Positions 1-9,483 of a stretch of DNA of 39,472 nucleotides are shown here, piece by piece; within the stretch, counting starts at the first letter, position 1, and every line of letters starts with the position of its first letter. The DNA is taken from IMG/VR virus record IMGVR_UViG_2690316086_000021. The stretch is one strand, 5' to 3'. The DNA is from a virus (taxonomy: Duplodnaviria > Heunggongvirae > Uroviricota > Caudoviricetes). The notes beneath the pieces were generated by a model that was given only the letters and a program-made list of their open reading frames with translations, had not been told where the DNA came from and searched no databases. The position numbers were made by a program, and so were the translations under genes.

Positions 1-1254
1 ATGCTGGAACAAATGGGCATTGCCGCGAAGCAAGCCTCGTATAAATTAGCGCAACTCTCCAGCCGCGAAAAAAATCGCGTGCTGGAAAAAATCGCCGATG
101 AACTGGAAGCACAAAGCGAAATCATCCTCAACGCTAACGCCCAGGATGTTGCTGACGCGCGAGCCAATGGCCTTAGCGAAGCGATGCTTGACCGTCTGGC
201 ACTGACGCCCGCACGGCTGAAAGGCATTGCCGACGATGTACGTCAGGTGTGCAACCTCGCCGATCCGGTGGGGCAGGTAATCGATGGCGGCGTACTGGAC
301 AGCGGCCTGCGTCTTGAGCGTCGTCGCGTACCGCTGGGGGTTATTGGCGTGATTTATGAAGCGCGCCCGAACGTGACGGTTGATGTCGCTTCGCTGTGCC
401 TGAAAACCGGTAACGCAGTGATCCTGCGCGGTGGCAAAGAAACGTGTCGCACTAACGCTGCAACGGTGGCGGTGATTCAGGACGCCCTGAAATCCTGCGG
501 CTTACCGGCGGGTGCCGTGCAGGCGATTGATAATCCTGACCGTGCGCTGGTCAGTGAAATGCTGCGTATGGATAAATACATCGACATGCTGATCCCGCGT
601 GGTGGCGCTGGTTTGCATAAACTGTGCCGTGAACAGTCGACAATCCCGGTGATCACAGGTGGTATAGGCGTATGCCATATTTACGTTGATGAAAGTGTAG
701 AGATCGCTGAAGCATTAAAAGTGATCGTCAACGCGAAAACTCAGCGTCCGAGCACATGTAATACGGTTGAAACGTTGCTGGTGAATAAAAACATCGCCGA
801 TAGCTTCCTGCCCGCATTAAGCAAACAAATGGCGGAAAGCGGCGTGACATTACACGCAGATGCAGCTGCACTGGCGCAGTTGCAGGCAGGCCCTGCGAAG
901 GTGGTTGCTGTTAAAGCCGAAGAGTATGACGATGAGTTTCTGTCATTAGATTTGAACGTCAAAATCGTCAGCGATCTTGACGATGCCATCGCCCATATTC
1001 GTGAACACGGCACACAACACTCCGATGCGATCCTGACCCGCGATATGCGCAACGCCCAGCGTTTTGTTAACGAAGTGGATTCGTCCGCTGTTTACGTTAA
1101 CGCCTCTACGCGTTTTACCGACGGCGGCCAGTTTGGTCTGGGTGCGGAAGTGGCGGTAAGCACACAAAAACTCCACGCGCGTGGCCCAATGGGGCTGGAA
1201 GCACTGACCACTTACAAGTGGATCGGCATTGGTGATTACACCATTCGTGCGTAA
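1..1254 (+). CDS. proA: gamma-glutamyl phosphate reductase (glutamate-5-semialdehyde dehydrogenase), complete 417 aa
   Basis: Full-length 417-aa ORF starting at position 1; sequence recognised as enterobacterial ProA; the gene is followed by thrW as in E. coli. Confidence 0.93.
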
Positions 1255-1368
1255 ATAAAACCGGGTGATGCAAAAGTAGCCATTTGATTCACAAGGCCAT
1301 TGACGCATCGCCCGGTTAGTTTTAACCTTGTCCACCGTGATTCACGTTCGTGAACATGTCCTTTCAGG

Positions 1369-1444
1369 GCCGATATAGCTCAGTTGGTAGAGCAGCGCAT
1401 TCGTAATGCGAAGGTCGTAGGTTCGACTCCTATTATCGGCACCA
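1369..1444 (+). tRNA. thrW: tRNA-Thr (anticodon CGU)
   Basis: 76-nt sequence GCCGATATAGCTCAGTTGGTAGAGCAGCGCATTCGTAATGCGAAGGTCGTAGGTTCGACTCCTATTATCGGCACCA with cloverleaf-compatible arms, anticodon loop ..TTCGTAA.. and 3' CCA; lies immediately upstream of an integrase gene. Confidence 0.9.
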
Positions 1445-1458
1445 TTTAAATCAATAAG

Positions 1459-2622
1459 TTACACATCATTAGTACCTTCCTTATTTTTTGACTGGGACAA
1501 ATTTGGGACCGATGGGTTCAGGATCGAGTCTATTTGCCGTGCGTGTTCGGTAAGGTGATTAGGTGCAAGGTGAGCATATCGACGAACCATTTCGATAGAC
1601 TCCCAGCCTCCCATTTCCTGTAACACTGACAACGGGACTCCGGCTTGAACCAGCCAACTTGCCCAGGTGTGTCTCAAGTCGTGAAATCTGAAATCATCAA
1701 TACCAGCCCGTCTCAGCGCCGCTTTCCAGGCTGTGTTTGCGTCATACCGCATCTTCCTTACTGTTGGCGCTTTCGTTCCGTCTGGTTTGGTACAGCTTTC
1801 CTTGTACACAAATACCCAACGGTGATGATTCCCGATTTGTTTTTTCAATACGCGACATGCAGTATCATTCAGCGCAACGCCAATTGCGCGGTTTGATTTA
1901 CTCTCTTCCGGGTTTATCCATGCCACCCGGCGCTGCATATCTATTTGTTGCCATTCAAGGTTGATGATGTTCGAGCGTCTTAAGCCTGTTGCCAGTGCAA
2001 ATTCAACAACAGACTTTAATGGCTCCGGACATTCATCAATCAGCCTTTGTGCTTCATGGGGCTCCAGCCAGCGGATCCGTTTATTCTTTGGTTGAGGCAC
2101 TTTAATAATTGGTGCCTTATCCAGCATTTTCCATTCACGCTCTGCGGCTCTTAGTAGGGCCTTTATAAATGAAAGATGCGTAGCCTTCGTTGCAACGGAC
2201 GCTGGTTTTGGCGTGTATTCTGGAACAGGTTTCCCTTTTTTTCTGCATGCTTCTGCCCTGAGTTTCCAGTTTTCCTCATGACGCCGGTTCGTCATTTTCT
2301 GCATTGCTGAATAAATTTTTGATTCAGTAATGTCTCTTAGTTGCATTCCTGCGAAATGTTGAAGCCAGAATCCGATCCGGCTTTTGTCATCGTCCAGTGA
2401 TTTTTTATGTGCTTTCTCTTCAAGCCACCTGACACACGCTTCCTCGAACGTTATATCAGGTATTTCACCAAGTTTGCTGACCCGCCATGCTTCAGCCTTT
2501 AGCTTGTCATGGAGTTCTGTCGCCTGCCTTTTGTCCTTTGTTCCAAGAGACTGTTTAAATCTTTTACCGTTCGGCAATGTGAAACTGGCGTACCATATTT
2601 CACCTCTGCGGAAGAGTGACAT
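1459..2622 (-). CDS. int: Phage tyrosine integrase (site-specific recombinase)
   Basis: 387-aa ORF with typical integrase N-terminus ([14 protein letters not shown]...) and C-terminal catalytic region (..[42 protein letters not shown]) containing the R..H..R..Y pattern; 3' end abuts thrW. Confidence 0.9.
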   Translation of the reverse strand: MSLFRRGEIWYASFTLPNGKRFKQSLGTKDKRQATELHDKLKAEAWRVSKLGEIPDITFEEACVRWLEEKAHKKSLDDDKSRIGFWLQHFAGMQLRDITESKIYSAMQKMTNRRHEENWKLRAEACRKKGKPVPEYTPKPASVATKATHLSFIKALLRAAEREWKMLDKAPIIKVPQPKNKRIRWLEPHEAQRLIDECPEPLKSVVEFALATGLRRSNIINLEWQQIDMQRRVAWINPEESKSNRAIGVALNDTACRVLKKQIGNHHRWVFVYKESCTKPDGTKAPTVRKMRYDANTAWKAALRRAGIDDFRFHDLRHTWASWLVQAGVPLSVLQEMGGWESIEMVRRYAHLAPNHLTEHARQIDSILNPSVPNLSQSKNKEGTNDV

Positions 2623-2849
2623 TTTCTTTCCTCTGTTATGCCATCACCCGCGCTCACCTGGACAGTATGCAGCGGAGACTGAAGAGCCGCAATGCAGGCT
2701 TGTCGTGTTGTGAGGTAAGGAGATTTATTCTTAGTGGGATCTTTGCGTGTTGCCTGAAGACGCCCTGTGCGTATCCAGTTAATAGCAGTCGGTCTGGATA
2801 TCTTGAGAAAATGACAGGCCTCATCGAGTGTGAGGCTGTATGGCTCCAT
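2499..2849 (-). CDS. xis: Excisionase / AlpA-like HTH DNA-binding protein
   Basis: Translation from internal ATG at 2849 begins [31 protein letters not shown], a typical Xis/AlpA HTH. It overlaps the integrase 5' end in another frame, so the true 3' end is uncertain. Confidence 0.55.
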   Translation of the reverse strand: MEPYSLTLDEACHFLKISRPTAINWIRTGRLQATRKDPTKNKSPYLTTRQACIAALQSPLHTVQVSAGDGITEERKCHSSAEVKYGTPVSHCRTVKDLNSLLEQRTKGRRQNSMTS

Positions 2850-3154
2850 TATTTCACCTCTTGCTGTGACATTGTTGAAAAATGGATACCAGCTCGTTGC
2901 TGCCAGACGATCCAACCGAGAGTCATATCCCATGCCATGTATTCGTTATCGCCGTTTTTTGATCTCCGACGATCTACTAAGTCACCGAAACGCTTTTCCA
3001 TGAATAATTCATAGGCTTCGCGTTCATCTGGCTCTACTTCCAGAGATACGAGTGCGATTTCATAAGCACGGCGCTCAATATCGTCTCGAACCTCTAGGCT
3101 GCTGATTCGTTCTTTGATTTCTTTAATCAGTTCTTTATTGGTAAATGTGGTCAT
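2849..3154 (-). CDS. Hypothetical prophage early protein (YfdT-like, 101 aa)
   Basis: 101-aa ORF tightly packed in the leftward early operon; size and position match recalled CPS-53 yfdT. Confidence 0.5.
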   Translation of the reverse strand: MTTFTNKELIKEIKERISSLEVRDDIERRAYEIALVSLEVEPDEREAYELFMEKRFGDLVDRRRSKNGDNEYMAWDMTLGWIVWQQRAGIHFSTMSQQEVK

Positions 3155-3516
3155 TATGCTCCAGCCTCCGGTGCTTTTGGCATTACTGCCCAGTGAGTGA
3201 TATTGACGTTTTCAAGGTCCCCAACCTGAAATGTCCACTGCCATTCTCTGGTTTCTTTTTGTCCCCAGGTGTACCAGAGAGAACGCCAGCCAATCAGCCA
3301 GCATTCTCCATTAGCATCAAATAACAGAACACTTTCATTTGCTGGTGGCAGTTCAGCTGACACTGGTATTATTTTGTTTTCCAGTGCCGCACATTTAGCT
3401 TCAAGCGCGTCGAATTTACGTACCAGGTACTCAGCATTTGTTTCGTTCACTTTCAGATCTCGCGGTACACATTTCCCGCGAAGAAACCCTTCCATTTCGA
3501 AAACATTCATGCGCAT
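3154..3516 (-). CDS. Hypothetical prophage early protein (YfdS-like, 120 aa)
   Basis: 120-aa ORF in operon context; start overlaps the upstream gene stop (translational coupling). Confidence 0.5.
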   Translation of the reverse strand: MRMNVFEMEGFLRGKCVPRDLKVNETNAEYLVRKFDALEAKCAALENKIIPVSAELPPANESVLLFDANGECWLIGWRSLWYTWGQKETREWQWTFQVGDLENVNITHWAVMPKAPEAGA

Positions 3517-4043
3517 TTGCGTAACTCCGATAAATCGTTAAAACGTTCCATAAACATCCCGTAGGCATGACCCGGTGCCAGTGGAATCACGTTGAACATC
3601 TCTGTTGCCGGGATGCCATCCAGTACAGGCCAGAAAGAGCCATCATCAAGCCCGAGATCACGGCGTTCGGTTGCCAGCATAATGAGATCGGCATATTTCA
3701 CTGGCGTGCTCATAACAGGAGGTAACCCGTATTTCTCACGGATTACTGCATCTATTTTTTCTTCCATCCGTTTATAGTCAGGAAGAAGGCGTTTCAGTGG
3801 TGCGGGGATGTCCTGGCAATACGCTTCTGTTGCATCATGCATTAACGCTTCAAAAGCAAATTCCTGCGGCACCAGCTGGCTGCAAAGCACCGCATGTTGG
3901 GCGACACTGTAGAAGTGAGAAAGATGACCGGCAAAGCGGCAGATATTTGAAAGGGAAACCGCGATATCGTTAATCACGATGTCGTCTTTATTTATCCTGT
4001 CATAATAAAAATGCTTCCCGGAAAAAGTTTTAATAAATGACAT
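3507..4043 (-). CDS. HD-domain phosphohydrolase (YfdR-like 5'-deoxynucleotidase)
   Basis: H...HD motif context (SVAQHAVLCSQ ... ALMHDATEAY). ATG at 4043 has a GGAG RBS 8 nt upstream and gives 178 aa, whereas the track's longer ORF begins at a GTG (4070). Confidence 0.65.
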   Translation of the reverse strand: MSFIKTFSGKHFYYDRINKDDIVINDIAVSLSNICRFAGHLSHFYSVAQHAVLCSQLVPQEFAFEALMHDATEAYCQDIPAPLKRLLPDYKRMEEKIDAVIREKYGLPPVMSTPVKYADLIMLATERRDLGLDDGSFWPVLDGIPATEMFNVIPLAPGHAYGMFMERFNDLSELRKCA

Positions 4044-4170
4044 TTTGTTCTCCACGTATATGCGCTGCACCGCGCTGAGTTTGGGTAAAAGGAAGCCCTC
4101 ACCATCCGGTGATTATTGAGTTAATTACGTTTCCATAAATGCCCCCGCAGGGGCATTTGCAGTAATGAAA

Positions 4171-4995
4171 TCAGGCGGTGAAAGTACCAATAAAGGTTTC
4201 TACTTTGCTGTCTTTGAATTTCTCAACAAGCAGATCACGAAATTCGTTAGCCATATCTTCCTGCACCGCTTCCAGCTGAATAATGCGCAGAACCAGTACA
4301 GGACGATCGCCAGTGATAATGCTGAGGCGTAATTTAAACGGACGTTCTTTCAGACCTTCAAACGGAACGCATTTAAATTCAAATGCCACTGGCATAATGT
4401 CTTTGGTCTTCGCTTCGACAGATTCCATCAGGGAGCGTTTGCCGCTGAAGTCATTATCTTCAAAATCAGCGGTCTGGTTTGCTTCAATCGTGATTTTACG
4501 GATTGCCGCAGCCGCTTTTGTTGCCTGAATGGCGTCACCATTAGCATCAAAGCCCACAAGGTAGTCGGCCCAGTCTTCAATCCATTCTGCCAGTGATTTC
4601 TGTGAGTTACGCTCGCCGTTAACAGACAACAGGGCAGAGAACGGTGCTGTCTTTTTCAGTTTGAGAGTGGCGGTGTTATCTGCGTGACCTGGTTCATCAA
4701 TAGTACCCAGGTTAAGCACACTGACGGCACGCATATTATCAGCATCGATAAAGCAGCGGGTGCCTTCATCTGCAAGATCTTTAGAATAACGGGTAAAGTC
4801 ATCGATGCTGGCAGTGGAAAGCGCACCACGGAAACGGAAGCGATTTAAATTAAATTTTTCCAGATCATGAATGCGGAAATTCTCAGGCAATGCCACAGCA
4901 TCGGCACCAATCTTACTGATAATTTCATTAACACCCTGAGCAGAAATAAGGGCATGGATTTGATTAATTGCGGTTGCGTCTAAGTTCTGAGACAT
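4171..4995 (-). CDS. YfdQ-like prophage protein (DUF2303-like, 274 aa)
   Basis: 274-aa ORF in the same leftward operon; recalled similarity to CPS-53 YfdQ. Confidence 0.6.
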
Positions 4996-5060
4996 AATAA
5001 GTCCTCACTATATTAAGATATTCAGTGATGAGATAAATAATTAGTTAATTAAGAATGATA

Positions 5061-5423
5061 TTAATGACCTGCTGCGCGGAGTTTTCCGTCAGGCTCACCG
5101 GCAAGAGTCAGTAATTGTCCCTGGTCTTCCTGCAGAATAGTCAGGCGACCACCGCGATTGACATACATCGGCGTTTCGGTGGTGTCTTCTTCGGAAATTT
5201 TCCCACGGTTAGTCGGGCGAACATATGAGAGTTTGTGTTTGATTTTCACACGGTTCTCATCAAATGGTTCGATTTCCAGGTTGAGTGAGACCTTACCTTT
5301 GGTTTTCGTGTTCATCACACCGGAAGCGACTTCACTGAGAACTGCGCCGATTTTGGTTTCAAATACGCCGCCGTCCAGCTCCCCGATAAATGCCTGCACA
5401 TCAGTACTGCGTTCGCTAGCCAT
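5061..5423 (-). CDS. YfdP-like prophage protein (120 aa)
   Basis: The track ORF 5061..5741 is trimmed to ATG 5423 (MASERSTDV...), which is preceded by GAGGAG at good spacing; the upstream 106 codons run through GC-rich structured sequence and look noncoding. Confidence 0.55.
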   Translation of the reverse strand: MASERSTDVQAFIGELDGGVFETKIGAVLSEVASGVMNTKTKGKVSLNLEIEPFDENRVKIKHKLSYVRPTNRGKISEEDTTETPMYVNRGGRLTILQEDQGQLLTLAGEPDGKLRAAGH

Positions 5424-5860
5424 TTTGCTGCTCCTCATCATATCGACCCTGCAAGGCCGATTAGTTTCTCCACAAAACAGAGAAGAACACCTGCGGCGGC
5501 AGCCGCCCGGATGGATTGGGTTATGAGCCCGTCGTCCGGTGATGCTCTTCTCTGTTTTGTAAAAAGGACGGTACCAGCCGGAAGCAAGGGTACAAACTGG
5601 TACCGCCAGGACTACACACAGCATAAAGTTGTGGTGCCGGGTGCCTCCCGGTGCCTGGCGAAGGTTGCACACCAGACGGGTGGGTATCCACAGAAGGTCG
5701 ACTGTCAGCCTCAACCTTAACCCGCGTGCGCTGAGCCGCATTCACCACAACGCTAAGGATTCTCTCTGGTTGAAAATACTTAGCTGTTATGTGCCTGTCT
5801 TTTCACCACTTCAGGCTCGGTGGTATCCTTTTAAGCCCGTATACATAAAAGGAAAATCAA

Positions 5861-6106
5861 ATGACTTTTGATGAAAAAGAACTTGATAATGCAATTAATA
5901 AAATCATCGTAACGTCGCTCTTTTCCTGTCTCAGCGACACTCAGCAGAAACAGTTCTACGAATCGGCTTTCAACATGATCGAGCGTTGTTGTTTCTGCGA
6001 TGCCGACGAGTTACCTGAAAAAATCAGGAAACAGTTGGCTGATGCTCTTCGAGTGCGACTTTCTGACCAATTTTCTGAAATGTGCTCTCCGAATTTGGAC
6101 AAATAG
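5861..6106 (+). CDS. Hypothetical small protein (81 aa)
   Basis: ATG preceded by AAGGA RBS (aaaaggaaaatcaaATG); opens the rightward side of the immunity-proximal region. Confidence 0.4.
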   Translation: MTFDEKELDNAINKIIVTSLFSCLSDTQQKQFYESAFNMIERCCFCDADELPEKIRKQLADALRVRLSDQFSEMCSPNLDK

Positions 6107-6551
6107 AAAAAGGCCATTTCCATTCAGGGTCTGATGGAAATACTTCAGCCTGTTCCAAAGCACGGCGTAAAGAGAACACAACTCCAGCCATAATCTGATG
6201 TTTCCCATTGGTCCAGCTATCGCCGCTCTGATCTACAGGGGCGGCTATGTCGTATGACCAAACGACTTCACAGTTATTGTTTAAAATCTGGACTTTCATT
6301 TCATACACCTGCTTTAACATGAGTGCCTGGTGGCACAACATGACTCAACGAATCATCCTGGACTTCATATGCCCCAGGCGGCTACTTCGTGGGCGTCCTG
6401 CCTGTTCGTTTTTGACATTTACTGACTGCTTACGACACATGCACCGTGTTGCAACCAGATTTTGTTGTAATCCGGTAGTTGGTCTGGAACAAAAGATAAA
6501 ATTAAATTGCGAGATATGCAAGTAATATTTGCGGGGTATGCAAATTTATAG

Positions 6552-6580
6552 GTAATAAAAAGCCACCTTTCGGTGGCCGT
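6552..6580 (-). terminator. Rho-independent terminator downstream of the cI-like gene
   Basis: GCCACC-tttc-GGTGGC hairpin; on the minus strand it is followed by a T-run (the plus strand shows aataaaa just before the hairpin); lies directly after the cI stop. Confidence 0.55.
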
Positions 6581-6597
6581 TGGATGGGATATTGAGG

Positions 6598-7290
6598 TTA
6601 ATTATGTCTCTTAAGGGTTTGCGACTGACTGATTAAGACCTTTCCAAAGACCATGAATCGGTGTTCGTTTTCGCTAGTAATTCCCCATTCACGGTAAATC
6701 TGGTTATCAGAAATCACCAGCAGTTTGTCAGGAATCATTTGAAGTCTTTTAACGTATATTTTGTCATCAAAACCAAAGACATATATACCATCACCATCAA
6801 ACTGATTGATGCTGACATCAACGAAGATGAGATCTCCTGGCTCAATGGTTGGACACATACTGTCCCCACGAACGTTGATAACTTTGATGTGATTGGCTGG
6901 TCGTCCGCCGAACATTGATACAGCATTATCAGTTCTGTATTCGATGGCATGAATCACATCAATGACATCACCGCCCTGGATAAGGCCATTTCCCGCACTG
7001 GCACTGATATCCAGCATTTCAATACGGAACACATCCTTCACCTGCGCAACATCCTCATTATTACTGTTTTTATATACAGTATTACTTTTGTGGGCAGAGG
7101 TAAAGAGATCAGCAATATCAACACCTAAGCTCTTGGCAATATTACTCAGTGTTTGTTCGGTAAATTGTTTTTGCTTACCCGTTTCTAAGCGCGAGATGTT
7201 CGCCGCATCTACTCCTATTGCTTCAGCGAGATCGGCGATTTTCATGTTCTTCGCTTGGCGAAGTTGTCTGACTCGGTTTCCTATGTTCAT
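6598..7290 (-). CDS. cI: CI-like prophage repressor (N-terminal XRE HTH + C-terminal S24 LexA-type peptidase)
   Basis: N-terminal HTH (VRQLRQAKNMKIADLAEAIGVDAANISRLETGK) and C-terminal S24-like region (..NVRGDSMCPTIEPGDLIFVD..KRL); transcribed divergently from the cro-like gene. Confidence 0.85.
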   Translation of the reverse strand: MNIGNRVRQLRQAKNMKIADLAEAIGVDAANISRLETGKQKQFTEQTLSNIAKSLGVDIADLFTSAHKSNTVYKNSNNEDVAQVKDVFRIEMLDISASAGNGLIQGGDVIDVIHAIEYRTDNAVSMFGGRPANHIKVINVRGDSMCPTIEPGDLIFVDVSINQFDGDGIYVFGFDDKIYVKRLQMIPDKLLVISDNQIYREWGITSENEHRFMVFGKVLISQSQTLKRHN

Positions 7291-7387
7291 GCGTTTATTA
7301 CATTTCTTTATTGCGTGATAAGCAAATCAACTTGCGCAAAATAATTGCGTGAAATAACATGCATAGCGCGCAATATTTGGAGGTTAT
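7291..7387. promoter_or_regulatory. Immunity operator/promoter region (OR/PRM/PR equivalent) with repeated TTGCG...CGCAA half-site palindromes
   Basis: Intergenic region between divergent repressor and cro-like genes contains TTGCGTGATAAGCAA (7311..7325), the perfect palindrome TTGCGCAA (7332..7339) and ATTGCGTGAAATAACATGCATAGCGCGCAAT (7344..7374). Confidence 0.6.
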
Positions 7388-7648
7388 ATGCAATCACCAT
7401 TACGAAATGTGCGTAAGGCGCATGGTTTCACTTTGCAGCATGTTGCTGCGGGTGTTCAAGTCAATCCAGCGACGTTGAGTCGTATTGAGAGGCTGGAGCA
7501 GATTCCATCTATCGAGCTTGCAGAACGTTTAGCCAATTTTTTTAAGGGTGAAGTCAGCGAAATGCAGATTCTTTATCCGGCACGTTTTCAATCTAGCCAA
7601 AACCAGAATGGGTTTAAACCACAGGAACAGGAGGTGAACCGTGGGTAA
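7388..7648 (+). CDS. cro: Cro-like HTH regulator
   Basis: 86-aa ORF with XRE-type HTH (GFTLQHVAAGVQVNPATLSRIER); GGAGG RBS; divergent from cI. Confidence 0.7.
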   Translation: MQSPLRNVRKAHGFTLQHVAAGVQVNPATLSRIERLEQIPSIELAERLANFFKGEVSEMQILYPARFQSSQNQNGFKPQEQEVNRG

Positions 7649-8201
7649 GCATCACTGGAAAGTAGAAAAACAGCCTGAGTGGTACGTGAAAGCTGTCAGA
7701 AAAACTATCGCAGCGTTGCCGGGGGGTTACGCTGAAGCTGCTGACTGGCTGGATGTAACAGAGAACGCATTATTTAACCGCCTTCGTGCCGATGGCGATC
7801 AGATTTTCCCGCTGGGATGGGCAATGATTTTGCAACGTGCTGGTGGAACTCACTTCATTGCTGACGCTGTGGCGCAGTCTGCAAATGGCGTCTTTGTGTC
7901 TCTTCCTGATGTCGAGGATGTGGACAACGCCGATATCAACCAACGCCTGCTGGAGGTCATTGAACAGATCGGCAGTTATTCAAAACAGATTCGTTCAGCA
8001 ATTGAAGACGGTGTAGTGGAACCGCATGAGAAGACAGCAATTAACGACGAGCTGTACCTCTCAATTTCGAAGCTGCAGGAGCATGCAGCACTGGTCTACA
8101 AAATTTTTTGCATTTCAGAAAGTAATGACGCCCGCGAGTGTGCAGCTCCGGGCGCCGTGGCGTGGCGTGTCGTGACTGTGGAGAAACTAACGCATGAATA
8201 G
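7641..8201 (+). CDS. CII/YdaT-like early regulatory protein (putative)
   Basis: 186-aa ORF directly after cro, GTG start with AGGAGG-like RBS; family assignment from position and recall only. Confidence 0.45.
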   Translation: MGKHHWKVEKQPEWYVKAVRKTIAALPGGYAEAADWLDVTENALFNRLRADGDQIFPLGWAMILQRAGGTHFIADAVAQSANGVFVSLPDVEDVDNADINQRLLEVIEQIGSYSKQIRSAIEDGVVEPHEKTAINDELYLSISKLQEHAALVYKIFCISESNDARECAAPGAVAWRVVTVEKLTHE

Positions 8202-8532
8202 TTTAACAACACACTACCGTCGCTCGCAACTGATTGCGCTTCCTGTACCGGGTGGAAAAGCGAAGGTGGAGTATTGCTATGCAGTAAATGTACCAGGTGG
8301 CAGGGTAATTGTAACCCACAGCTTTGCAGAGTGGGCTGTGGGTGATTTTAACCGGCAAAAGGAGACAGTCCTTTGCGACAAGTTAACCGCTGGTTCAAAG
8401 ATCACTACGGAGTGCCCGTCAGAGTCATTCGTTGGGAGCCGGAAACACAACGGGTTATCTACCTCCGCGAAGGCTATGAGCATGAATGCTTCAGTCCGCT
8501 CGAACAGTTTCGTCGTAAATTCAGGGAAATAG
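8194..8532 (+). CDS. Hypothetical protein; 3' half of uncertain frame (see findings)
   Basis: ATG with GGAG RBS. The C-terminal half is Ser-rich and low-complexity, while an overlapping frame (8373..8552) encodes a more protein-like peptide. Confidence 0.35.
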   Translation: MNSLTTHYRRSQLIALPVPGGKAKVEYCYAVNVPGGRVIVTHSFAEWAVGDFNRQKETVLCDKLTAGSKITTECPSESFVGSRKHNGLSTSAKAMSMNASVRSNSFVVNSGK

Positions 8533-8541
8533 AGGTCGGTC

Positions 8542-9483
8542 ATGAGCACTAAATTAACCGGCTATGTATGGGATGGTTGCGCAGCGTCAGGCATGAAATT
8601 ATCCAGCGTGGCAATTATGGCACGCCTGGCTGATTTCAGTAATGACGAAGGTGTGTGCTGGCCATCAATTGAAACCATTGCCCGCCAGATTGGCGCGGGG
8701 ATGAGTACCGTCAGAACGGCTATCGCACGGCTGGAAGCAGAAGGCTGGTTAACGCGTAAGGCGCGTCGCCAGGGTAACCGCAATGCGTCGAATGTTTATC
8801 AGCTTAACGTTGCGAAGCTTCAGGCTGCGGCTTTTTCTCAACTGTCAGATTCTGACCCGTCAAAATCTGACGCATCAAAATCTGACCCGTCAAAATTTGA
8901 TGCGTCGAAATCTGGCAAAAAAGCGGGTTTTCACCCGTCAGAATCTGGCGGGGATCCGTCAGTAAAATCAAAACATGATCCGTCAGATAAAAAAACTTCT
9001 CGTCCGGACGCTTCGCAACCGGACACGCGGAAGGCTGAACAGGATTTTTTAACTCGCCATCCTGATGCGGTTGTATTCAGCCCTAAAAAGCGCCAGTGGG
9101 GGACGCAGGATGATTTGACCTGCGCACAGTGGCTCTGGAAAAAAATCATCGCCCTGTACGAGCATGCCGCCGAATGTGACGGCGAGGTGGTTCGTCCCAA
9201 AGAACCGAACTGGACAGCCTGGGCAAACGAAATTCGCCTAATGTGTGTGCAGGATGGTCGTACTCATAAACAAATCTGCGAGATGTACAGCCGCGTCAGC
9301 CGCGATCCGTTCTGGTGCCGTAACGTGCTCAGCCCGTCGAAGCTGCGGGAAAAATGGGATGAGCTTTCCCTGCGCTTATCGCCGTCCGTCAGCACGTACA
9401 CCGAAAAACGCGAAGACCCGTACTTCAAAGCCAGTTACGACAACGTGGACTACAGCCAGATCCCGGCAGGATTCAGGGGGTGA
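8542..9483 (+). CDS. Replication initiation protein (lambda O-like) with internal iteron-type repeats
   Basis: N-terminal winged-helix DNA-binding region (..WPSIETIARQIGAGMSTVRTAIARLEAEGWL..) and internal tandem DNA repeats, as in lambdoid O genes that contain the origin. Confidence 0.7.
   Translation: MSTKLTGYVWDGCAASGMKLSSVAIMARLADFSNDEGVCWPSIETIARQIGAGMSTVRTAIARLEAEGWLTRKARRQGNRNASNVYQLNVAKLQAAAFSQLSDSDPSKSDASKSDPSKFDASKSGKKAGFHPSESGGDPSVKSKHDPSDKKTSRPDASQPDTRKAEQDFLTRHPDAVVFSPKKRQWGTQDDLTCAQWLWKKIIALYEHAAECDGEVVRPKEPNWTAWANEIRLMCVQDGRTHKQICEMYSRVSRDPFWCRNVLSPSKLREKWDELSLRLSPSVSTYTEKREDPYFKASYDNVDYSQIPAGFRG
8851..8995. repeat. Iteron-like tandem repeats (about 15-bp unit, consensus close to CCGTCAAAATCTGA) inside the O-like gene; candidate phage origin
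   Basis: Four perfect or near-perfect tandem copies (unit starts at about 8857, 8872, 8887, 8902) plus three degenerate CCGTCAG copies (8935, 8956, 8980), followed by an A-rich tract. Confidence 0.6.

Noticed and set aside
741-1335. Minus-strand ORFs (741..1052, 946..1335) inside and at the end of proA
   Set aside because: Antisense shadow ORFs within a well-supported housekeeping gene; no RBS or recognisable motifs.
5061-5741. Long 226-aa form of the yfdP-like ORF
   Set aside because: The N-terminal 106 codons run through GC-rich nested inverted repeats and read like noncoding sequence; a GAGGAG RBS precedes the internal ATG at 5423, giving the expected 120-aa protein.
6024-6525. ORFs 6024..6341 (-), 6011..6208 (-) and 6247..6525 (+) left of cI
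   Set aside because: Mutually overlapping, weak or absent RBS and no motifs; a cargo gene in the cI-proximal slot is possible in principle, but I cannot support any of these from sequence alone.
8840-8960. Short tandem repeats considered as a possible CRISPR array
   Set aside because: Units are about 15 bp with no unique spacers and lie inside a coding sequence; they are iterons or a coding repeat, not CRISPR.
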